Source: Candidatus Omnitrophota bacterium (lineage in GTDB: Bacteria; Omnitrophota; Gorgyraeia; JABMRG01; JAFGKX01). Taken from it: a stretch of DNA of 64,000 bases. The position numbers were made by a program, and so were the translations under genes. The stretch is taken from assembly GCA_043797125.1 (NCBI GenBank), contig JAZDPX010000013.1, forward strand, positions 73,180 to 137,179. The letters run 5' to 3'. Under the pieces are notes generated by a model. It searched no databases and was not told where the DNA came from. It saw nothing but the letters and a program-made list of their open reading frames with translations. This document shows positions 9,001 through 18,045 of this stretch, piece after piece (positions within the stretch are counted from its first letter, which is position 1; each line of letters opens with the position of its first letter).

Positions 9001-12000
9001 CCCTGCTCGCCCGGCACTTGCTGAATAAATTGCCATAGCCTTCCTTGTTCAGAAGATAGTTTGGGTTTATTGTTGCCATTTTCTTCTTCTCTTATTGCAT
9101 CAAGAACCGCCAAAAGCTTTATGCCACAATCTTTTGCATATTGCTTACCAACTATATTTTTAAATTTTTGCAAAGCATCTTTTTTAAGATATCTGTAGAT
9201 TTCATCGTTAACTTTTTCTACAAAATCGGCAAACAACCTATTTTCTTTGTCTTTTTTCGATTTTTTAGACTTGCTAATGATTTCTTTGGCCGATATTCTT
9301 TTCGGAGGCTGCATTTTGCCAGCTTCTATTTGCTTGATAAGGTCATATCCATAAGCATCTGTTGGATGAATCCCTAATTTTTCTCCCAGGAACTCCGCTC
9401 GTTCTAAGGCATTGCCATCTGAATCAGCAAGTATGTGGGGCGCATTCCGCTGCACTGCTTCTTCAGCAGCTATTACAAGGCCTATGCCCGGCACTTCGAA
9501 GTCATCTTCATCCACCCATTTTACTTTTCTAAGTCCTGGTTTAATTACAACGCGCTTAACTCCGGGGATTGCATATGGTTTTAATCTCAATTTAGTAAAT
9601 TTTATAGGAATTTTGTTGTTTGGATCTATTTTAAATAAACGCCCGCTATTCGCATCTATGGTTAAACCATCGCCGGTTTTTAATGCCCTGTTATCAAGCA
9701 CAATCGGCCGTGTGCCGGTGATAGCCGGAATACACCTTTCTCTGCAGAATATCGCTGCGTGGCAAGTATCTCCTCCGTGGATTGTGACCACCGCATCAAC
9801 AAGGTTCATTATAGGATCATGGTGAGGGTCTGCTTCAGACAAATAAAGCGCTACAGGCAGTTTCTTCTCTGATTTTTCCGTGTAGTCATCGGGATTAAAT
9901 CCTAAATCTCTTATAAGTTTTCTTTCGCCATCGGTAAATTTACCTCGCTTTAATCGCTTTATTTCATCTGCATGCCAGGCAACGCTTTTTGTTGTATCAA
10001 ACGCAAGAATATAAGCATGAGTCGCGTTCTCTCCCTTTGTACCCGTAGCTATAGGCTTAATTCCATGCTTCTCAATAAAGTCTTCATCTGTTTCTGTCCG
10101 CTTAAGCACAAAATCCACTTTTGTATATTCTGCTGTATATGGCCTTGCTTGCACATTATATAAGCTGAGTTTAACCATATTTTCATTGCTGCTTATTATT
10201 TGCTCTTTTTCCTCGCCGCTAAGCTCTATAATCTCGTCATTTCTCATGCCCAAAACATTGCCTTCTTTATCCAACGCATATATACTAATCTTAGAGCCTC
10301 CTTCTGCCTTAGGATCAATCTCGATAGCAAATTCCACATCTCTTGCGTCTTTATAAAAATTGGCTATTTTTGACACCATTATGGCAACTTTCGCGGCTTC
10401 AGAATCTGATATTGAAAACGCATCTTTATGCGAATCTGTAGTCAATATATTGCAGGTAAAACTATTGTCAATTAACGACCTTATAAGATAGCTTAGATTC
10501 TTAAAGTTTCTCTCGTCAACACCTATCTTGTCTAAAATGGTTTTCTTGTCCGTATCTGGCACATCGGGTCTTTCGTTATGCCATACCCCCTTGACCATTT
10601 TGATAAAAGAATCTATATAATCATTTCCTTGTTTTTTTCTGTTGAAATATTTCTTCAAATTATTTTTGCCTTTACTGGACTTTTCTTTGGTCATTTTAAC
10701 TAAATCATATGTACCATCAACTATCTTTTTCAGGTTATCTTCATCGATGCCGCTCGCTCTGGAAGCGTCCTGTACATAAAATTTTGATTTTATATATTCC
10801 ACAACCCGACCTTTTATCTCTGCGGGATTGGTGTTGTTATCTACCCCGGATTTAAACATATCGGCAATTTTTTCCGCTTCCATCTGCAAGCGCACTTTTT
10901 TATCATTATCTGTTTCGCCTGATTCTGGTATCAAATAAGAAATACCCTGTAAATCTTTTGCTAAGATACCTTTAATCTGCTTCTGCACTTCATCGTAGCT
11001 TATAGCGTCTTTAACCATCGAAGCTATGTTGCGAATTTTGGTTTCGTCAAGGCCTTCCTTTTGTCTTAAAAATTCAAAGGCATATTCTACATCCACCATT
11101 TGTATAAATTTATCTCCTTTTTCGGACTGAACGGTAAACCAGTTATCCCCATCCAGCGTAACCATGACAAATTTATCGCCTCTTACTTTACCGCCAACAA
11201 CATTCTCTCCATACCCATGGCTTATCTCAAAGCTTACAACATTTGCCTTTGTGCTGATGATTTCGCCTTTTTCATTACGATTAACAAAAGTATCATCATT
11301 CTCATACCAGGCCTTATATAAAGCCTGGGAAACGCCGGCGAATTTGGTAGCTGGATTCACTGTAAATGCCACTCCCGCTAAACAACTTTCTACCATGCGC
11401 ATAATGACTACGGACATTCCCACCAAATCAGGATGTACAAATTCTTTTGCAGTCTCCATTAATAATTCCAAACAATGGCTTATTTCAGCGTTCTTGGGTT
11501 CGTATTCCAATATTTCTATCATGGCCTTAATTAAATTTACCGAACCTGGGTTTTGATATTTGGTAAGCGTATCTGCTATTTTTCCAAGTTGTGAATTTTT
11601 ACTAGAATATTCACGAAGTTTCTCCATTAAATTATGATATACCCTTTGCGGTTCTGTTTCTCCAAAGCCCATAGTAGCGGCAAAAATTTGGAATATGTCT
11701 CCATCCCTATAGCTTATGGCTCTGTCTGTAAATAAACTGGCACAGCAAGCCTTCCATTTATCAAGTACGTTCTTAATGCCCCTGACATTAAGATAGGTAT
11801 CTGCCTGTCCGGCCTGAGAGCCGCTTGTAACAGGGAACCAGGATTGTATTTTGCTGTCCTCGCCTCTTATGCCTGAGCTTCTTTCCGCGACAGCGACAGG
11901 AGTTTTTTTGCCGGATAAATGCGCCAGAATATTCAGGTGTCTATACATCCTGATAATCTCTTCTTCTACCTCTTCGGGGATTTTTGCGTTCATTATGGCG

Positions 12001-13799
12001 TGGCGTATTCTATCTCCTATTACATTTCTTATCTGGTCGTCTGTAGCGTCCAAAGTAGCTAATTCTTCTATGGCCTTTCTCGCTTCCTCATTAGCTTTTA
12101 CTAATGCAAAATATGCTGTTGAGGTAGCATTAACACCCCAGGGGGTAGGCGCAACGCTTTCGGTCAGCGAAAGGCTTAAGCCCTTTCCTCCGGATAATTC
12201 AAACCCGCCTGATTTCAGGAATTCCTTATATCCTTCTTTGAGGTGTTTAAGTTTGTTTTCAAGTCGGTTTTTATAAACTAACGAATCAGGGTTTTTCTTT
12301 AATTCAGATTCAATTTTACTTATATCATTTCTATATTTCTCATCTTCTTTTTCAAATAATTCTTGATGCTGCCTCTGCTCTTTAAAAGTCAGGCAATAGC
12401 GTTTCCAGGCCGGTATTTTAGCGCGTTTTAAAAAATATACATAATCATCAAGAACAAGGTCTATCGCTCCTTTTCTTTCTTTTCTTATTTCTTCTGCGTT
12501 TTCCGCAATTGCCTCAAGCGTTATTCCGCCCAGCTCCTCCGCTAACTTAACTATGCTAGTTTTCCCGGGTTCTATTCTAACATCATTATTGCTATCTTTT
12601 TTGACAATGGCTATGGGCTGTGCATTAAAGTAGAGAACATAATATTTCTCATCGGGCTTAACCTCTTCTTTAAAATATTTCCCTAACCGCCCTTTAATAT
12701 CCTTGCTATCCTTTAAGTCTATAAGCTTTTCCATATAGCTGAATGGCAATTCTTCCTTAGAATCTTTTAACTTATAAGTGTCTGTGCCTAAAACCTGCTC
12801 TAGTACCTCTTCTTTCCTGATTGCGTCAACGGATAGGGGCTTATATTGAGACAATAAAGGGGCTCGTTCAATACGCTCTTCTCTTGACAGCGTTATTTTT
12901 TGCTCTTTTTCAAGCTTGAATACATTACAAATTGTTTCTTTAAGCTCACCAATTGCTATAATAAGAGAAACGGATTGAAAGGCTTCACCTTGCTCACTAG
13001 CTATATCCTTGGCATGCTCTATACAGGACAAAGCTTCTTCCATGTTCCCTGTTATATACAGCAGATATGCGATATTCATTTCTGATATGGCTTTTCTGTT
13101 AACGCCGTAAGCCTCGTTCCATCCGACCAGCAGGGTGTTTAAAATAGACTTTTCCCTTTGGGATAATTTTCCAAATACTTTCTCAAGCCCGATAGGAAAA
13201 CCCGTTATTTTTAATTGTATTGATATTTTTTCAAATTCTTCTGTTATGATAGGAACGGGATGCAAGATAAGCGGTATTTCTGTTATTAGTAATGTCCTGT
13301 CTCCTTTTCTTAATAACTCTTCTGCAAACTTATCCATAAGGTTGCATATATGCTGCTCGTAGTTAAGGCGCGTTGTTTCAGAAGTAATATTCTGCGCTAA
13401 CTGCATAGCCTTATGCACACAAGCTAAAGCTAATCCTAACTCCTCTGCTTCATATAAAATTTTTGCAATCCCTAAGCATATTTTAGTTTTTTTCTTATCT
13501 TGCGTGCTGGGTTTTTGCCATAATAGCAAATGCGCAGTTAGTTTTGAGGCTGCTGTTTCACTTAATTTCCCAACTACCTCCAGTAGGTCAACGGGGAATT
13601 CTGCTTGTTCTAGTATTCGCTTTGTAGCCTTATCGAGCTCATCACGGAGACTGTTATCTGTCTTAGCTGTAGAAACACCGCGCAGGGCATTATTTTTTGC
13701 GGTTTGATTTGCTGCAGGCAGGTAATGAAGATTTGCGCTTTGGCAGGTAAAAATAATAGTAAATAATAGTGTTATTGTTTTTTTGTAAATACGAGCCAT
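6012..13799 (-). CDS. Giant 2595-aa multidomain protein. An N-terminal signal/anchor plus TPR-like helical region is followed by a complete PEP-synthase/PPDK-type catalytic core: PPDK_N ATP-grasp nucleotide domain, phosphohistidine swivel domain and PEP-utilizing TIM barrel. The core domains are separated by very large insertions, and there is a C-terminal extension of about 600 aa.
   Basis: Uninterrupted 7.8-kb ORF.
- PPDK_N motifs (about nt 11300-12210): SGGKGLSLSLTES...WGVNATSTAYFALV, VAVAERSSGIRGED...SGSQAGQADTYLNVRG, SVVIMRMVESCLAGVAFTVNPATK, VVSFEISHGYGENVVGG.
- Phosphohistidine motif TIHGGDTCHAAIFCRERCIPAITGT at about nt 9745-9800.
- TIM-barrel motifs IMIEVPSCAMQISE and FFSFGTNDYTYIA at about nt 8380-8520.
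- N-terminus MARIYKKTITLLFTIIFTCQSA is signal/anchor-like. Confidence 0.75.
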   Translation of the reverse strand: MARIYKKTITLLFTIIFTCQSANLHYLPAANQTAKNNALRGVSTAKTDNSLRDELDKATKRILEQAEFPVDLLEVVGKLSETAASKLTAHLLLWQKPSTQDKKKTKICLGIAKILYEAEELGLALACVHKAMQLAQNITSETTRLNYEQHICNLMDKFAEELLRKGDRTLLITEIPLILHPVPIITEEFEKISIQLKITGFPIGLEKVFGKLSQREKSILNTLLVGWNEAYGVNRKAISEMNIAYLLYITGNMEEALSCIEHAKDIASEQGEAFQSVSLIIAIGELKETICNVFKLEKEQKITLSREERIERAPLLSQYKPLSVDAIRKEEVLEQVLGTDTYKLKDSKEELPFSYMEKLIDLKDSKDIKGRLGKYFKEEVKPDEKYYVLYFNAQPIAIVKKDSNNDVRIEPGKTSIVKLAEELGGITLEAIAENAEEIRKERKGAIDLVLDDYVYFLKRAKIPAWKRYCLTFKEQRQHQELFEKEDEKYRNDISKIESELKKNPDSLVYKNRLENKLKHLKEGYKEFLKSGGFELSGGKGLSLSLTESVAPTPWGVNATSTAYFALVKANEEARKAIEELATLDATDDQIRNVIGDRIRHAIMNAKIPEEVEEEIIRMYRHLNILAHLSGKKTPVAVAERSSGIRGEDSKIQSWFPVTSGSQAGQADTYLNVRGIKNVLDKWKACCASLFTDRAISYRDGDIFQIFAATMGFGETEPQRVYHNLMEKLREYSSKNSQLGKIADTLTKYQNPGSVNLIKAMIEILEYEPKNAEISHCLELLMETAKEFVHPDLVGMSVVIMRMVESCLAGVAFTVNPATKFAGVSQALYKAWYENDDTFVNRNEKGEIISTKANVVSFEISHGYGENVVGGKVRGDKFVMVTLDGDNWFTVQSEKGDKFIQMVDVEYAFEFLRQKEGLDETKIRNIASMVKDAISYDEVQKQIKGILAKDLQGISYLIPESGETDNDKKVRLQMEAEKIADMFKSGVDNNTNPAEIKGRVVEYIKSKFYVQDASRASGIDEDNLKKIVDGTYDLVKMTKEKSSKGKNNLKKYFNRKKQGNDYIDSFIKMVKGVWHNERPDVPDTDKKTILDKIGVDERNFKNLSYLIRSLIDNSFTCNILTTDSHKDAFSISDSEAAKVAIMVSKIANFYKDARDVEFAIEIDPKAEGGSKISIYALDKEGNVLGMRNDEIIELSGEEKEQIISSNENMVKLSLYNVQARPYTAEYTKVDFVLKRTETDEDFIEKHGIKPIATGTKGENATHAYILAFDTTKSVAWHADEIKRLKRGKFTDGERKLIRDLGFNPDDYTEKSEKKLPVALYLSEADPHHDPIMNLVDAVVTIHGGDTCHAAIFCRERCIPAITGTRPIVLDNRALKTGDGLTIDANSGRLFKIDPNNKIPIKFTKLRLKPYAIPGVKRVVIKPGLRKVKWVDEDDFEVPGIGLVIAAEEAVQRNAPHILADSDGNALERAEFLGEKLGIHPTDAYGYDLIKQIEAGKMQPPKRISAKEIISKSKKSKKDKENRLFADFVEKVNDEIYRYLKKDALQKFKNIVGKQYAKDCGIKLLAVLDAIREEENGNNKPKLSSEQGRLWQFIQQVPGEQGANLIAHYYGEMERNFNYDYNIIEKMKANEYVIKKTEEKIKEGGCASAQEYLSKNFYNFYNLMGFCCGSMQKASARSYDFAMDKIRGLIGDIFAEPGKNPFVGLRGIKLEHYDQKVLSFLIEAVIDAHKNTRNQSFFYVFIRFANELEIMDRALQMAAGKKGMLPREVGIMIEVPSCAMQISEISERLNQIKEKYKKYGVESVFFSFGTNDYTYIASKACREDYKTKLKIEDPAAIQAIDEIIKSGYYYDKSNKNLPLAFEGAYTILQLIEAVVREADNHEIITKLCGELVTNLVKIRRYDLAGKVMALLNSFGVSTMSVRLLASMVRYDAMSAMKEIDVPSKDRNILIDLKSNGDEIRQDEGVIKGEIIFIDDKDDLVPNSLKGLKGDELTKKKEFMKLQSPESAQSTMSVYNKIVVLTKNFVLMQKQEFLETMKEKDFNILLEKGLVREVSENVYVWANLYSITSDKFLNKLENMNFDENSRSGILKAWNKAWDNTTEGLERQGIDWDDLQYAKAIIIDAGVSLEDWDVFDAGKSIIPTRVKVISKNIGKEKTKLNGKFVTIDYKAGKIYEGDLKVKREKVEPRSLPIPEIEPAVNEELAVRENANDAYGAFKFHPLLIHAYGSDEKNFEKNFAEIFNKHIGDLYDEADKISKISDESEKKDLLGRFMQKIKGLPEDSIKTSLENICNNIAKNKSIEIPKQDAVREKYIKQLKNDISSLLKQEDKTADEFIRQVFKQHILDTLKNNTEEFVIHTTTSLNCAELSNMLVGSFLVEDVNPNPDYGLKGAAKAISDFYPINRLELQAFKEARDKLGVQQKKRLGLQITDLQGTQAGAVVIAWKHILKEMNLIPGQDGLQVGINIATPSDTLSLDKYIEHFKELGTGLSFVTYDIMMLGAAWSGVDIYWDQWRRLASEKDIVRVGYDAIKIIKKKINDANGNSSGNNIKVFKFSDDSEFLELLKEYRKQTFDKVKDQKEEILPRRVDEKVAVALQQAA

Positions 13800-13905
13800 A
13801 GGTTTCTCTAAAGTGAAATATGTTAAGATGATATAAATGGTTAAAAAAAGTACTTAATATTATACACAAAAAAAATTCCTGTGTCAATCAAAATATTTAC
13901 GTGTG

Positions 13906-14826
13906 TTATGGCAATAATTTTACGCTAAGCAGATTAAATAGGTAGCCTGTAAAGATAATTCCAAGGGTGGTTATGCCGAAAAATATAATTACAAGCTTAA
14001 GTTTCATAGCCCGCCTTAGTATTACTGCTTCCGGAAGGCTTAAGGCAGATACAGCCATCATAAAGGCAAGGGCGGTGCCTAAGGGGACGCCTTTTCTAAA
14101 TAGCGCGACGGCAATGGGCACGATAGCGGCGCAGCTTCCGTACATTGGAACGCCTAAAAGCACTGCTATGGGCACTGAAAACGGGCCAGTCTTTGCGATT
14201 GCCCCCTGGATGGTTTCTTTTGGCACATAATTATGTATAACGGCGCCTATACCAACGCCTATTAATATCCAGGGCCATAACCTTTTTAAAATTAATTTCG
14301 CCTCGCCTACGCCAAAAAGAATTCTGTCCTTTATTGAGGTGAATTGGAGCAGCTTTTCTGTTTCGGTTTTTATCGGAAGAAAATCCCTGTCAATGTATTT
14401 ATCTAATTTCATTTTACCTAATATAAGCCCGACAAACACGCCTAAAAAAATTCCGCTTAAGACATAAAACGCGGTTATCTTCCAGCCGAAAAAACCAAGC
14501 ATCAGGACGACCAGATATTCATTGACTAAGGGCGAGGTTATCAGGAATGAAAAGGTAACGCCCAAAGGCACCCCTGTTTTTAGAAAGCCCAAAAATATCG
14601 GAATTGATGAACATGAGCAAAACGGGGTTATGGCGCCGAACATCGAGGCGTATATATTCGCGAAAAACTTTTTTTTGGCAAGCCAGGAACGCACCTTGCC
14701 CTGTGATAAATAGCTTCGCAGGAATCCCACAAAGGATATCATCACAAAAAGCAAAAGCATTATCTTTACGGAGTCGTAGACAAAAAATTGCAGCAATCCA
14801 ACTAATCCATTTTTATGATCAATCAT
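13906..14826 (-). CDS. Polytopic membrane permease, DUF318/ArsP-like family with a Cys-X-Cys motif.
   Basis: 306 aa, multiple TM segments. ITPFCSCSSIP motif characteristic of DUF318/ArsP-type permeases. Located directly downstream of the HME-RND pump. Confidence 0.55.
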   Translation of the reverse strand: MIDHKNGLVGLLQFFVYDSVKIMLLLFVMISFVGFLRSYLSQGKVRSWLAKKKFFANIYASMFGAITPFCSCSSIPIFLGFLKTGVPLGVTFSFLITSPLVNEYLVVLMLGFFGWKITAFYVLSGIFLGVFVGLILGKMKLDKYIDRDFLPIKTETEKLLQFTSIKDRILFGVGEAKLILKRLWPWILIGVGIGAVIHNYVPKETIQGAIAKTGPFSVPIAVLLGVPMYGSCAAIVPIAVALFRKGVPLGTALAFMMAVSALSLPEAVILRRAMKLKLVIIFFGITTLGIIFTGYLFNLLSVKLLP

Positions 14827-14844
14827 ATCAAGCCCTTTAGCTTT

Positions 14845-14940
14845 GGTAATAGTTCAGCTCTGGGAAGTTTTCACGACGTAGCGCAGGCTTAAGCCTGCGC
14901 TACGTCCGAGTCGAGATACTTACAATGACTGAACTGTTAC
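14845..14940 (+). repeat. Palindromic MITE/REP-like element, full-length reference copy.
   Basis: ggtaatagttcagctctgggaagttttcacgacgtagcgcaggcTTAAgcctgcgctacgtccgagtcgagatacttacaatgactgaactgttac. The ends are imperfect inverted repeats (gtaatagttcag... / ...ctgaactgttac) flanking a 15-bp perfect stem. Confidence 0.85.
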
Positions 14941-17900
14941 TAGCTTTGAAGCAGGCGGCGTTCCTGGTACCATGAATAAAGGCAGGGCACGATAAACCAG
15001 GTTATCATCTCTATAACCATACCGCCCAACGACGGAATAGCCATGGGCTGCATAACTTCCGAACCGCTTCCTTTTATAAACATAATCGGTAAAAGCGCGA
15101 CAATGGTTGTAATGGTCGTAAGAAACGCCGGGCGTATCCTGCCTAAGCCCGCGTAGACTGTGGCCTCGACCACGTCTTTTTTTGATTTTATCTTATCTTT
15201 TCTCTCCTTAAAAACATCGTCCAGATATGTAGTCATTAAAATTCCGTCATCAACAGCCACTCCGAAGAGCGCGATAAAACCGACCCAAACGGCGATGGAA
15301 AAATTATACCCTGAAAACGCCAAAAGCCATATTCCGCCAGATAAGGTAACCGGTATTGCCGTAAATATAAACAGGCTTTTTACTACGGATCTAAAATTCA
15401 TGTAAATAATCATGAAGTTCAAAAGAAGGCTTATCGGCACCAAAACCAGCAGTTTCTTTTTTGCCCTCACCTGATTTTCAAACTGGCCTGACCATTCAAG
15501 AAAATAATTTTCCGGAAGTTTGAGCTTCTCCCTTACAACGCGCGATGCCTCCTCGACAAATCCCACCATATCACGGCCACGCACGTTCATAAGCACGTAT
15601 GCCCTTAGCAGGCCGTTTTCCGAATTTATCATCGCCGGGCCTGTTACAAAATATATATCCGCAAGCTGCGTTATCGGAATCTGCTGGCCGTCCGAAGTCG
15701 GCACAAGTACGCGCCTTAAGGCATCCGGGGTATCGCGCAGTTCCCTCGGGTAGCGCACCCTGACAGGATAGCGCTCTCTGCCCTCCAGCGTGGTTGTTAT
15801 ATTTTCGCCGCCAATACCCATCTCGATAACATCCTGCACGTCGCTTATGCTTAATCCATAGCGGGCAATCTGGTCGCGTTTAATCTTAAATTCAATATAA
15901 GGTTTGCCGACTATCTTTTCCGAATATAAATCCGCCGCTCCCCTGACGCCCTTAAGGATATTCTCGACCTCCTGGGCAATATCCTGAATTTTATTTAAGT
16001 CCGGGCCGAATACCTTTACCCCGACAGATGTCCTTATGCCCGTAGCCAGCATGTCAATTCTGTTAATTATCGGCTGGGTCCAGATATTTGAAACACCCGG
16101 TATCTGAAGGCTTGAGTTCATTTCCTGGATAAGCTTGTCCTTGGTCATGCCTTTACGCCATAGGTTTTTTGGTTTAAGCGTAATTGTTGTCTCAAACATT
16201 TCTATCGGGGCAGGATCTGTGGCGGTCTCCGCGCGCCCGAGTTTTCCTACCACCATCTCAACTTCGGGAAACTTACTTATTACCTCATCCTGAATCTTTA
16301 TTATGCGGTGCGCTTCGGTAAGCGATACGGCAGGCTGCATAACCGGCATAAACAAAATACTTCCTTCATCAAGCGGCGGCATAAACTCCCTGCCTATAAA
16401 CGCGGCCGCAACCAAAGAGCCTGTTAGAACTAAGGCGGGTATCAAGAGAAATTTTTTTCGGTTAGCAAGCACCCAGCGTAGTATTTTTTCATAATATCTG
16501 TGGAGCGCGCTAACAAGAGGGTTTTCCTCGGGTTCGCGCAGGCGGCCCCTTAAGCCAAAGAAGCACAAAACCGGGGTAAATGTTAAAGCTACGGTAATCG
16601 ACGCTAAAAGGGCTAATGTCTTTGTCCAGGCAAGCGGATGAAAAAGCTTGCCCTCTTGCGCTTCAAGCGCGAAGACAGGGAAAAATGAGACTACTGTCGT
16701 AAGAACAGCTGTTAAAACAGCGCTGCCTACTTCAGAAGCAGCGCCGAAGATAACCTCAAGCCTTGTTGTTATGCCTTTTTTTATGTCTTGCGCATTGAGA
16801 ATAAGCCTTCTATAGGAATTTTCAGTCATAATTATTCCCATGTCAACAAGGGTTCCTATGGCAATGGCTATGCCTGACAACGACATAATATTGGAGTCTA
16901 TACCAAGATAATACATTGCAATGAACGCTATCAAAACCGAAAATGGAAGAGCTATGCATATTATGAAACCCGCAAATATGTGGGCCATAAACGGGACAAC
17001 CACTGCCATAGTGATAATAATCTCAAGGATCAGCGCCTCTTTTAAAGTCCCTATTGTGCGATGAATTAAACCTGTGCGGTCGTAAAATGGTATTATCTTT
17101 ATATCGGAAGGCAGGCCTGCCTGTAACTGTTTTATTTTCTCCTTAACGCCGTGTATTACCTGCATCGCGTTCTGGCCGTAGCGCATAACAACTACGCCGC
17201 CTACAACTTCTTTTCCGGCCTTATCCAATATGCCTCTTCTGAATTCAGGGCCAAGCTGCACAGAAGCTATGCTTTTAAGATATATAGGGGTGCCTTCTTT
17301 ATACCCAACAGCGATATTTTCTATATCCTCGACGGATTTGATAAATCCCAGGCCTCTTACGATATATTCCATTGCCCCTGACTCTATAACTTTCGCGCCT
17401 ATATCGATATTTGACTTTTTAACCGCTTCAAGTGTTTCCCGCAGGCTTATGTTCTGGCTTGACATCTTGTTGGGGTCAACGTCTATCTGATACTGCCTTA
17501 AAAATCCTCCGACTGTTGCAACCTCTGACACGCCTTCAACAGAATTAAGCTGATAACGGATAAACCAGTCCTGCATGCTCCTTAATTCGTCTAATGACCT
17601 GTTTTCCCCTTCTACCGTATACCAGAAGACCTGGCCCAGGCCTGTCGCATCCGGCCCAAGAACCGGCATTATACCTTGCGGAAGTTTTGTTGAGGCAATA
17701 TTAAGTTTTTCCAGAACGCGGGAACGCGCCCAATAGTAATCTATCTTATCGTGGAATATCAGGTATATTTCCGAAAATCCGAACGCTGACGCGGCTCTGA
17801 TGGTTTTAACTCCGGGAACGCCTTTAAGAGATATTGAAAGCGGGTATGTAACCTGGTCTTCCACATCTTGCGCGGAACGGCCCGGCCATTCGGTATAAAC

Positions 17901-18044
17901 AATGACCTGTTTTTCTCCTATATCCGGAATTGCGTCAATAGGAACGTTGGTAAGCGCCCATAGCCCCCAGAAAAAAACAGCCGCATATATTATGAAAACT
18001 ATAAGCGGAGTCTTCAAGCAATACGAAATTAATCTGTTTATCAT
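14940..18044 (-). CDS. cusA: Heavy-metal efflux RND transporter, CusA/CzcA (HME-RND) family.
   Basis: 1034 aa, 12-TM RND architecture. N-terminal region LKTPLIVFIIYAAVFFWGLWALTNVPIDAIPDIGEKQVIVYTEWPGRSAQDVEDQVTYPL is typical of CusA/CzcA. Confidence 0.85.
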   Translation of the reverse strand: MINRLISYCLKTPLIVFIIYAAVFFWGLWALTNVPIDAIPDIGEKQVIVYTEWPGRSAQDVEDQVTYPLSISLKGVPGVKTIRAASAFGFSEIYLIFHDKIDYYWARSRVLEKLNIASTKLPQGIMPVLGPDATGLGQVFWYTVEGENRSLDELRSMQDWFIRYQLNSVEGVSEVATVGGFLRQYQIDVDPNKMSSQNISLRETLEAVKKSNIDIGAKVIESGAMEYIVRGLGFIKSVEDIENIAVGYKEGTPIYLKSIASVQLGPEFRRGILDKAGKEVVGGVVVMRYGQNAMQVIHGVKEKIKQLQAGLPSDIKIIPFYDRTGLIHRTIGTLKEALILEIIITMAVVVPFMAHIFAGFIICIALPFSVLIAFIAMYYLGIDSNIMSLSGIAIAIGTLVDMGIIMTENSYRRLILNAQDIKKGITTRLEVIFGAASEVGSAVLTAVLTTVVSFFPVFALEAQEGKLFHPLAWTKTLALLASITVALTFTPVLCFFGLRGRLREPEENPLVSALHRYYEKILRWVLANRKKFLLIPALVLTGSLVAAAFIGREFMPPLDEGSILFMPVMQPAVSLTEAHRIIKIQDEVISKFPEVEMVVGKLGRAETATDPAPIEMFETTITLKPKNLWRKGMTKDKLIQEMNSSLQIPGVSNIWTQPIINRIDMLATGIRTSVGVKVFGPDLNKIQDIAQEVENILKGVRGAADLYSEKIVGKPYIEFKIKRDQIARYGLSISDVQDVIEMGIGGENITTTLEGRERYPVRVRYPRELRDTPDALRRVLVPTSDGQQIPITQLADIYFVTGPAMINSENGLLRAYVLMNVRGRDMVGFVEEASRVVREKLKLPENYFLEWSGQFENQVRAKKKLLVLVPISLLLNFMIIYMNFRSVVKSLFIFTAIPVTLSGGIWLLAFSGYNFSIAVWVGFIALFGVAVDDGILMTTYLDDVFKERKDKIKSKKDVVEATVYAGLGRIRPAFLTTITTIVALLPIMFIKGSGSEVMQPMAIPSLGGMVIEMITWFIVPCLYSWYQERRLLQS

Positions 18045-18045
18045 A

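Noticed and set aside
6667-13707. Numerous 60-160-aa plus-strand ORFs inside the giant gene (e.g. 6667..7134, 9412..9825, 11164..11556, 11851..12276)
   Set aside because: All lie antisense within one continuous, motif-rich 7.8-kb minus-strand ORF. Their compositions are low-complexity Ser/Leu/Phe-rich, as expected for antisense frames in AT-rich DNA.
13690-13887. 65-aa ORF spanning the giant-gene start/promoter region
   Set aside because: AT-rich promoter DNA. Overlaps the giant gene N-terminus. No RBS or motif.
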